NCBI GenBank assembly: GCA_964016885.1
Contig: OZ024747.1
Coordinates: forward strand, 60,760,001 to 60,824,000
Reading direction: 5' to 3'
From: Eledone cirrhosa
Taxonomy: Eukaryota
DNA length: 64,000 bases
A program made the position numbers and the translations under genes. Shown piece after piece: positions 54,300-64,000 of the stretch. Positions within the stretch are counted from its first letter, which is position 1, and each line of letters opens with the position of its first letter. The notes under the pieces are model-generated. The model was not told the origin of the DNA, did no database searches, and worked only from the letters and a program-made list of their open reading frames with translations.

Positions 54300-54618
54300 C
54301 TAGCTGACATATCCAGCTTTGCCCGGGTAAACAGATGATAAGAGAAGACAGGTAGAAGAGAAAATGACTGTATTAGATGTTTGTCTGGTTTAGAGTATGA
54401 GGCGAGACCATAGTGTGCGTGTGTGACAAAAAAGAAGCAGTAAAAATATTCCAGATTCTTCGTTTTACCATTTGTGTATAGTATATGAAGATTTCTACCC
54501 GTTCCCACTCGTAAACAACCTACATATAACTTTCCATGGGTAAAAGGTGATAATCTTGTATTTAATCCTACAACTTTGAAACTCTGAGCCTGAGCTTTAT
54601 TTATGGTCATAACATAAG
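54300..54618 (-). mobile_element. Helitron 3' fragment (PIF1-like helicase C-terminus and CTAG end)
   Basis: YVMTINKAQAQSFKVVGL...FTHGKLYVGCLRV (helicase motifs V/VI); subterminal imperfect hairpin cccgggcaaagctgg followed by CTAG|T. Confidence 0.82.
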
Positions 54619-55757
54619 GTATTTCTGTGATGCGCGAAGGAACCAACCAACAAACATTTCCTTTTTATATTATTTGCCATGAAGTTTTATCATTTTAACT
54701 TTTTAATACATAAATATCCTCTACACATAAATATCCTCTACACATAAAAGTATACACACACACAAACATAAACATATGTGTACTGACTGGATTTCCCAGT
54801 CTTGTTTTGCTTTATTTCACTCACTCTTTCTCCCTTCTCTCACTCTTGCTCTGCCTTTCCTCTCCTCTCTCTCTCTTGATGTAAAAATTTTACCTAAAGC
54901 TTTAATACTTGTACAACGTTAAATTGTTTCCATGTTTTGCGCAGTACACATTTGATTCAATGAGTAAATTAAATAAAAATCTGTTACGTTCGGGAGATGA
55001 TGTTATTGTCTGCTTAAAAAAGAAACCAAAACACTCCCAACATTTGAGTAGCTGAGATTAAACAAAAATTAGAGAAATTTGAACCTTTATAAAATGGATG
55101 AAATGGTAAAAAGTCATTTATAGTGGATTGGTGAAACAAACACTTTATCCTAAACAACACTTAAAACATTTAAAATATTAAAACTTCATAAATATTTTCT
55201 CCACTCATGAGAATTTCAAAACAGCGCCATAATATTTTGATTGCCTTGACTTATAAATGGAGTTTCAATTTTTGTCCATTTCTCAGATATAAAATAAGGG
55301 AGGGGAAGTCAATTTATATTCAAGTAAAATATGGTAAACACCAATTGTGACTCAATGGGTCCTAATTTGATCCTGACTAAGGATTTGCATCAGTAAAGTT
55401 CCTCTCCAAGGCACAAGCTTATGCAAGGTGTTATAGTTGCTCATGCATGCCAAGTCTTCACTCTCCATGCCCACCAGTGTTGTCACAATTCAATTATTTC
55501 CAGCTGAGTGGACTGGAACATGAAATATATTTTCACTACAATGATAATAGCATTAGAAAATCAGGTAAAATACTTGCACTTAGCCAGAATTCAAGAGATA
55601 CAGAGGTTGAGACTGTAGTGACAGCTATTCACTTATTTTCTGTCTCTAAGTGTATTGTACATGATTTTTAAGGCTATTATCATTGATAGGGTCATTAAAA
55701 CATTGGACAGAATGGTGTGTGGTATTTTATTTGATTTCCAATGCTATTATCTATGAA

Positions 55758-56100
55758 GGCGCATGGCTGAGTGGTTAGAGCATTGGGTGTGAAATTGAGA
55801 GGTTGTGAGTTCAAATCTCGGACTGGGCTTTGCATTGTGATCTTGAGCAAGACACTTTATTTCATGTTGCTCCAGTTTACTCAGCTGTAGAAATGAGTTG
55901 TGACATCACTGGTGCCAAGTTGTATCAGCCATTGCCTTTCCCTTGGACAACATCAGTGATATGGAGAGGGGAGACTGCTATGCATGGGTGACTACTGGTC
56001 TTCCACAAACAACCTTGCTCGGACTTGTGCCTCGGAGGGGAACTTTCTAGGTGCAAATCCCATGGTTATTCATGACTAAAAGGGGTCTTTACTCTTTACC
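55758..56100 (+). mobile_element. tRNA-derived CORE-like SINE (family B); other copies at about 13370-13640 and 37098-37290
   Basis: ggcgcatggctgagtggttagagc A box, gagttcaaatc B box, CORE-like gtg.ccttgagcaagacacttt. Confidence 0.75.
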
Positions 56101-59095
56101 CACTGCTATTATCATTGGTAGAGTCATTAGAACATCAGATAGAATGGTTTGTGGTATTTGTTCTGTCTCTCTGTTTAAATCCTGCCAAGGTTAACTTTGC
56201 ATTTCGTCCATTTCATCCATTTGAAATTGATAAAAAAAAGTACCAGTTTAGTACTGAGGTCGATTCTTCCTCCACATCTCTTTCTCATTTTCTCTCTCTC
56301 ACTTTCTATCTTTCTCTGGAAGAAATCTGCTGTATTCAGACTTGGAGAGGAGCTGGGCTCCATCAGGCTTAAAATATACCCTAGAAAAATGCTATATGTC
56401 ACTATGGCACCCCTACAACTCCATCAAGTGTTACAGGACTATACAACACCATTATCATTGTAGGAAATCTGTGTTGGGATTTTGACATGTCTAATTTCAA
56501 ATTCCCCTAACACTTCAATAAATCATTAGATATGAGATATAATGTTTAGCTCATGGACACAACGAACCTTCCCTGTTTGGAAAACAAATTCATCACCCTA
56601 CACTTGTGACCCCAACACCCAAACTACTAAAAGCTAGTAAAAATCAGCTCACAAATGCAGAAAGGTTAGTGGCCATCTTGCTTTTATTTTATTTATTCAT
56701 TTATTTATTTTTATTTTTTTTTTTATTTTTATTACTTTTTGTAATAAATGATTTTGGCACCAAAACCAATAATGATAGTTTGTTGAATGTTGTTCTGTAG
56801 ATAGCTAACCTAATGCCTATGGCAAAAATGGAAATTCTGGTCTTTGAGGTCTTTTGTCCAGTGAGTTAATAATGTGGTTATATATTGTCACGAACATGAT
56901 AATGGTGATGCTGATGATGGGGGGGGAGGGGTAGTGGTAATGATGATAATGATGGTGGTGGTGGTGATGGTAGTGATGATAATGATGGTGGTGGTGGTGA
57001 TAGTGGTAGTGATGATAATGATGGTGGTGGTAGTGGTAGTGATGATAATGATGGGGGTGGTGGTGGTGGTGGTAGTGATTATGATGAGGGTGGGGTGGGG
57101 GTAGTCGTGGTGGTTGTAGTGATTATGATGGTGGTGGTGGTGATTATGATGGGGGGGGGGATTATGATGGTGGTGGTAGTGGTGGTGGTGGTAGTGGTGG
57201 TGGTGGTAGTGATTATGGTGGTGGTGGTAGTGGTGTTAGTGATTATGTTGATGGTGGTGATGATGCCGATGACAATGATCTTATTAGTCTAGCTACTATA
57301 GCAACTGACTTGAGAAACAACTAGATCTCTCTGTCTCTTTCTCTCCCTCGTTTTTTCTCTTCCCTCTCTTTCTCTCCGTTTCTCTCTCCGTTTCTCTCTC
57401 ACACTCTTTCTTTCTCTTGCCCCCTCTCTCTCGCTGTTTTTCTCTCTGTCTTGATCTCTTTCTATCTCTCTCTCATTCCTTCTCGCTCTCTCTCGCTATT
57501 TTTCTCTCCATCTTATTCTCTCTCTTTCTCTCTGTCTCATTCCTTCTCATTCTATCTCTCTTTCCTTCCTCTTCCTCGTCCCCTTTCCTTCTCTCCCTCA
57601 ACCTTGTTTTACAAACATACAGTATATATCTTCACGGGGGAGTCGGGGAGAGGTTTGGGTTGTTTTTACTAAACAATAGGTAAATGGTGGACATTAACCC
57701 CCCCCCCCTCCTTCCCCACTAAATAAACAAAAACAAAATAAACAAACAAAAAACAAAAAAAATACAATACAATACAACCCCCCACCCCCACCCCAAAAAT
57801 AAAAAAATAAATTATATTTGTTTTTAATCAATATATTTGGCGTCAAAAAAATCCAATAAAAGCAACTCATCTCAGAAGATATCAAAAACCTGTTTAATTC
57901 TGATAATGCTGGAACATGTGATGATAGAGGGCGCCACCAGTAAATCCCCATGATATGTTGTAATCAATACGAATAGAACATTCTAGACTTCAAGAAATAT
58001 GTAAAGAGACCACAACAACAGCAACAACAACAGCAGTAGCATGAAATAAGATGAAATAAGATGAAATGAAACATGTTCTAGTGTTGTTTTCAAATAACTG
58101 CTGTGTCTTATAAAAGATGACATTCTTTCTGTTGTATCGATACATAATATATTCCTATATGTGCAACATAGTGTGTAATATGGCTTATATATATATATAT
58201 ATATATTCATGTATATTTATATATATACATAGATATGTTTATATATATATACATATATATAATAGCTTTCTACCGTATTTTTTTACTAAAAAAATTTTAG
58301 TCTGATAATCTACGTCAATACTCATCTTTTTCCATTTATCTGAGGGTTCTAAACCTCAGTATCAGACTAAAATTTCTTTAGTCAAAAAATATGGTGAAAG
58401 CTATTCCATTTTCTAATTTCAAACCTGCTCAGTTTCAAAACATGTTTACTATACATATCATCATCATTTCATTTTACATCCGCTTTTCCCTGCTTGCAAG
58501 GGTGGGACGGGAACTGATTCTGGCTTAATTTCTACAGCTGGATGCCCTTCCTAACACCAACCTCATTTACAGTGAGTGCTGGGTGCTTTTTTGCCATGGC
58601 ACCTCCATGACCACTTTGCAGTGGAATGATATGGACCCCAGTCCCTATCATTTCATTTCTACAGCTGAGTAAACTGGAGCAATGTGAAATAAAGTGTCTT
58701 GCTCAAGGAAACAACACATCACCCGGTCTGAGAATTGAACTCACAACCTTTCGATTGCAAGGCCAATGCTCTAACCACTAAGCCATGTACCTCCTTTGAA
58801 TATCAAAACAACGATCAGCGGAGGACACGTTTCGCACCTTTCCAACAGACAACCTCCCCCTCCCCCCCGGAAAACCCCCCTAGTTGATGCATGTGAATCC
58901 GAAATATATAGGGACAATTAAATCTCTCCCAAGATAACTCTATCTCGTGTTATTTTTTTATCCCTTACGCTCTTTCCTACATTCTTCTACACGCTACACA
59001 TCTCAACTTACATTCACTTACATCTCTCTCTCCACCACCATATATATATATACATATATACACACACACATATATATATATATATACATATAATG

Positions 59096-59132
<37 letters not shown>

Positions 59133-59281
59133 ATATAAATATATATACATTATATATATGCAGGCTTTGTTTAGAAACAGCTTTTTTCCATTCAGAGGGT
59201 TTTTAAAATCCCAACTAACAGACTAATTCTATTTAGTCAAATACAGCATAAGCACATGTTACTACCTAATTTTATATATAT

Positions 59282-59768
59282 ATATTGTTATACTTTGGGA
59301 GGGTGATGTTTCCAATAAGAAACACACGCACCAGTTGCTTTCACTCCAATTTATTATAAATTAAATTTATAAATTAAAAAATTTATAAATTTCCGGTTGG
59401 TTGGTTGGTTCCACAACCGGGCGGTTGTTCATATATTGTCAAAGTTCTTTCGTCACACATTTTGTGACCTCTTCAGTGACTGGGATTCTTCTCTTTGTTT
59501 TGTGCCTCTCCTTTGTTCTGTCCTACACCATCCACACTAAAACAAGTTGGCATAGGACAGAACAAAGGAGAAGCACAAAACAAAGAGAAGAATCCCCAGT
59601 CACTGAAGAGGTCACATAATGTGTGACGAAAGAACTTTAACAATATATGAACAACCGCCCGGTTGTGGAACCAACCAACCAACCGGAAATTTATAATAAA
59701 TTGGAGTGAAAGCAACTGGTGTGTGTGTTTCTTATTGGCAACATGACCCTCCCAAAGTATAACAATAT
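59282..59768. mobile_element. 487-bp palindromic element with a hammerhead motif in each arm
   Basis: Arms of about 215-245 bp, near-identical apart from one AT-rich indel, around a 27-nt spacer (59526-59552). Confidence 0.8.
59438..59480 (-). ncRNA. Minimal type I hammerhead motif (left arm of the 487-bp palindrome; mirror copy at 59599-59641 +)
   Basis: Minus strand: GUCA-CUGAAGA-G-GUCACA-AAAUG-UGUGAC-GAAA-GAAC-UU-UGAC. The + copy has a stem I mismatch (UAAC). Confidence 0.65.
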
Positions 59769-59965
59769 CGGTTTCAACACACATTTTCAGATAAAGAATC
59801 TTGCTAAAAAAATTCAGAAACGAAATATATATATATATATGTGTGTGTGGAATGATGATGATGTATATTAATAATGTTCATTTTCCTGACATTTGTACAA
59901 ATTCTATCTACTATACATGCACCTTTCATGAGTTGTAGTGCACCTGAGCACTGTACACAATAATT

Positions 59966-60024
<59 letters not shown>

Positions 60025-60025
<1 letters not shown>

Positions 60026-61097
60026 AGGGTGTGTAAGGTATTTGAGGACATAACTTTCTTTGGTTATTGCTGCATTTTACTAAACTTTATATCATCTTTT
60101 GTTCTGAAAACAATACTGGCAGCCACTCAGCTTACTCAAGAAATGAAAAGGCTTGTTATAATTGTGGCTTTAAAAGCTGAGCATAGGGATTTAGAGATAC
60201 CTCAATTTTTAAAAGTTGTCAGATCTGTCGTCTACAAAGTTTGTAAGGAGTTAGAGACTGAAGATAGAAATGTATCAGCAGTATCAGAGCTTAAAAGGCA
60301 TTTCTAATGCTCTGACATCGTCAGAACACTTGAATTTATCCAGCAAGTTCAAGCAGACCATTGGTAACAATTCCAGAAAATCCATGAGGTCACTTGTAAA
60401 AGATTTCCATGTGTCAGAAGGAACAATCAGAAATGTTGTTCACGATGACATCTTATGTGATGAGGAAAGGTCATTTATGTCAGAAAATAAAAAGAAAATC
60501 ACTTAACCCTTTAGCATTTAAACTTGTCATATCCAGCCAGAATTCTCTCACCTCTTTCTGTTAAAAACCGGCTGTAACTGGTTGCTCATACCAATGTTAG
60601 GGTATTATTCTCAAAATAAATATCAAAATCTCATAGATTCGATATTATGTGGGATAATTATGTAAAATAGAGCCTTTACCACAAAAATACAATAGTAAAT
60701 ATAGTGTATTGTAAATGCTAAGGGATTAATCAGATCTAAAAGGTTCTTAAACAAACATAAAAATCCAGCATAAGATGATGTGATTTTGTTTTTCTCAGAT
60801 GAGAAAAACTTTGACTAAGATAAGAAATTTAACAAAAGAAATGACAGATGGTTGTATGCAGACCCTTCTGAAGTTCAATAGTTATACACACAACATTTCC
60901 TGCAACTGTCATGTTTTGGGGGTTGTCAGCAATGAAAGACAGTTAACTCTGCTGTCTACGCTGATGTCATGGAAACTGTTAAGTCCTAGACAGACAGTAC
61001 ATGTAATGGATGGCCTTATGTGTTTCAGCAAGACACTGCACCATCACACAAGGTTCAGGTAATTCAGGAATGGATGGTTGAAAATGTTCATGATCAC
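60025..61097 (+). pseudogene. Decayed Tc1/mariner-superfamily transposase
   Basis: HTH-like segments (RKSMRSLVKDFHVSEGTIRNVVHDD), FSDEK near 60790, FQQDTAPSH near 61023; frameshifts and stops. Confidence 0.8.
60503..60729. mobile_element. piggyBac-like MITE nested in the mariner relic; related copy at 8902-9062
   Basis: TTAA|ccctttagcattta ... taaatgctaaggga|TTAA. Confidence 0.75.
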
Positions 61098-61098
61098 A

Positions 61099-61154
<56 letters not shown>

Positions 61155-61524
61155 AAAGTTTTATTTAAAGTTGTTGGGATACAAGTAAATATTTTTTTAT
61201 TTTTTATTTTTTATTTTTTATTTTTTATTTTTTATTTTTTATTTTTTATTTTTTATTTTTTATTTTCTCCTATCTTTATTTATCTCTTTCTTTTCTCCAT
61301 ACATTTCTCTCTCTCTCCGATATTTCTCCAGGTTTTCTTTCTCTTTCTTTCTCTCTCTCCGTCTTTGTTCTTATATCTGTACACGAATATATAATTATAT
61401 ATATTAAAATAACAGATTAAAGTTTAAGCAAAGAATCGTTGCTTTCACTCTTAACGGGATCTTCTGAAACTAAAAAAATCAAACTGTGAATGCAGAAGTA
61501 AATATTTCGAAAAACATTACACAC

Positions 61525-61557
<33 letters not shown>

Positions 61558-61701
61558 TATATATACATATATACACACACTATGTATACATATATACACA
61601 CACACTATGTATACATATATATATATACACACACAGATATCCACGGTAAGAGAGAGATATACATATATATAGATGTGTGTGCGTGTGCGTGCGCATGCGT
61701 G

Positions 61702-61733
<32 letters not shown>

Positions 61734-62108
61734 CAGATAGACACACACACACAGAGAACATCTAGTGTTTTAATATTGGATTTTATCTACCCTAACCCAC
61801 ACAACAACCAGCAGCATATCATTATATCTTTCCCTGGTATTTTAAAATTATCATTTAATCATTTTCTGAATACTTCATCATTCTTTATTTAATTTAACAA
61901 AGAATTCCTACTTGTTGTAATAAATATTATTCAATTTGTAAGTGTAGCAATTTCACTTTCGTTATTACTCAATTGGTGTACCTGAAAAGACTTAGCTCTT
62001 CTTTAATTCTGCATACCTGTGTCTCCGTGTAAGACAACACAATACAATATATTTTAATATATTCCTCTACAGGTGGTTGACTCTCCTTCCATGGAAATCT
62101 TCCTTCAG

Positions 62109-62149
<41 letters not shown>

Positions 62150-62414
62150 TATATAGTTATATATATATATATAGGTATATAGTTATATATATATATGTAT
62201 ATATAGGTATATAGTTATATATATATGTGTATATATAGGTATATAGTTATATATATATGTATATATAGGTATATATAATATGTATATATAGGTATATATA
62301 ATATGTATATATAGGTATATATAATATGTATATATAGGTATATATAATATGTATATATAGGTATATATATATATATATATGCATGTATATATATGTGTAG
62401 GTGTATATATATGT

Positions 62415-62760
62415 ATCATCATTCATCATCATTTCATTTTACGTCCACTTTTCCCTGCTTGCAAGGGTGGGACGGGAACTGATTCTGGCTTGATTTCTAC
62501 AGCTGGATGCCCTTCCTAACACCAACCTCATTTACAGTGAGTGCTGGGTGCTTTTTTGCCGTGGCACCTCCACGACCACTTTGCAGTGGAATGATAGGGA
62601 CTCAAGTTCCTATCATCTCATTTCTACAGCTGAGTAAACTGGAGCAATGTGAAATAAAGTGTCTTGCTCAAGGAAACAACACATCACCCGGTCTGAGAAT
62701 TGAACTCACAACCTTTCGATTGCAAGGTCAATGCCCTAACCACTAAGCCATGTGCCTCCA
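62415..62760 (-). mobile_element. Composite SINE (family B tRNA/CORE head plus family C RTE-like tail); copies at about 9840-10175, 28530-28872, 29225-29491, 58455-58795
   Basis: Minus strand: ggaggcacatggcttagtggttag...cttgagcaagacactttatttc...gttggtgttaggaagggcatccagctgtagaaatc...ggacgtaaaatgaaatgatg. The five copies are highly similar. Confidence 0.85.
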
Positions 62761-62789
62761 CATATATATATATATATATAAATGTATGA

Positions 62790-63169
62790 AAAATGGTATG
62801 TTGCGTGGTTGCACATGGGTTACATATGAATAAAATTAGTCCTTCATCAGTGATCTGCCAACTTTCATTGGTATTTCTTCGCTTTAAAGATCATATACCT
62901 CTGGTTGGTGCGAGCAATAACACAAAGTTATTGGGACACGTAAAATAGGGTGAAGCGAGCGAGACATGTAAACAAACAGAGATGGTAATGCAGGTCGGAT
63001 GGTCTGTATCTCTCCTCGTCTATGATTTCACCGAACTTAAGTTCACAGATATCACGGACTTGTCTCTCCTCTTCCTATCTTTCCGTTGCATTACCATCTA
63101 CGTTTGTTTACATGTCTCGCTCGCTTCACCCTATTTTACGTGTCCCAATAACTTTATTGTGTTATTGCT
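62790..63169. mobile_element. Dispersed element (homologue at about 30647-30850) ending in an inverted repeat at 62913-63169
   Basis: Shared gcgtggttgcacatgggtta...gtccttcatcagtgat...tcatatacctc; arms agcaataacacaaagttattgggacacg...gtaatgca and their reverse complement. Confidence 0.7.
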
Positions 63170-63394
63170 GTCCACGCTGTAATGTGGCCGTGTAGGCAAC
63201 ACGGTAAAAACCTCCCAGCCCACACTGTAAATGTGGTTGGTGTTAGGAAGGGCATCCAGCCGTAGAAAACCCGCCAGACAGTCCTATGCGAGCAAGACAA
63301 CCACTCTTGCCTCAAGTGGGAAAACCCCCGTCCAAACCCATGTAAGCGTGGAATATGGACGTTAAACGATGATGATGATGATATAAATATATAT

Positions 63395-63640
63395 ATAAAA
63401 ATAAAATAAAATAATGAAATTATTGTGTAAAGTGCTCAGGTGCACTACAACTCGTCAATATAGTACATAGAATAATACACAAATGTTAGGGAAGTACATG
63501 TGTGTATGTGTTAGGTGTAGTGTTGGCGGATGTCGGGAAGCATGGAGGCCTTAAAGGATGCAGTGTCTCGACAGCTAACAACTGATGCAGGTAGTTTGTT
63601 CCATGCTTCAGCAACTCTGAGCGTGAAAAAATTTTTCCAC
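63395..63640 (-). mobile_element. CR1/L2-like LINE 3' end; 3' UTR copy at about 59880-60016 (+)
   Basis: KNFFTLRVAEAWNKLPASVVSCRDTASFK..*; shared UTR gagttgtagtgcacctgagcact.tacacaataatttcattatt. Confidence 0.75.
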
Positions 63641-64000
63641 ACGTATATATATATATATAATAATCTCATGTGTGCGCATATATATATATGACAAGCAGAA
63701 TTTGAAAATTGAATTAGAAGATGTTCCATATCTTTGACTAAATAAAATAGTCTAATAATGGGACTGTGTATAAATCCACTTCCCTGCCTGATAATACCTC
63801 TCTCTCTCTACTCCTCCTATTATCACTTCTCTCTCTTTCACTTCCCCTCTCATCAACACTATTCTCTCTCTCACTTTCCCCTTCTGTCAACACCCCTCTC
63901 TCTCTCTCTCTCCCATAGCCACTACGATCCACCACCATCACTACACACCCACTACAGACCACTCCCAACTACCACCAACACTATAACCACCACTAACGCC

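Noticed and set aside
55758-55830. tRNA gene candidates (A/B boxes here and in many SINE heads)
   Set aside because: They run directly into SINE bodies; no complete cloverleaf.
62060-62110. Acceptor-like site (cctctacag) as the next AGBL4 exon
   Set aside because: Translation does not resemble the expected CCP6 continuation, and it runs into a TA repeat.

Overview
AT-rich, repeat-saturated animal genomic DNA. The SINE repertoire (tRNA-headed Meta-domain SINEs, CORE-like SINEs, RTE-tailed SINEs) and microsatellite load resemble an octopus/cephalopod genome; this is inference. The only host coding sequence I can support is one 203-bp internal exon (52286-52488, +) of a cytosolic carboxypeptidase 6 (AGBL4/CCP6) gene, so most or all of the window is probably giant intron. 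The long ORFs in the track are artefacts of simple or tandem repeats. The rest is SINE clusters, three satellites (20, 47/48 and 58 bp; the 47-mer is derived from a SINE segment), and fragments of Penelope, RTE, R4-like, CR1/L2, Helitron, Tc1/mariner and piggyBac-like elements. The most notable signal is about eight type I hammerhead-ribozyme-like motifs from several unrelated sequence families, some with very long stem II insertions and several inside fold-back palindromes. There are also many long inverted repeats able to form dsRNA in the pre-mRNA. Repeat boundaries were read by eye and are approximate.
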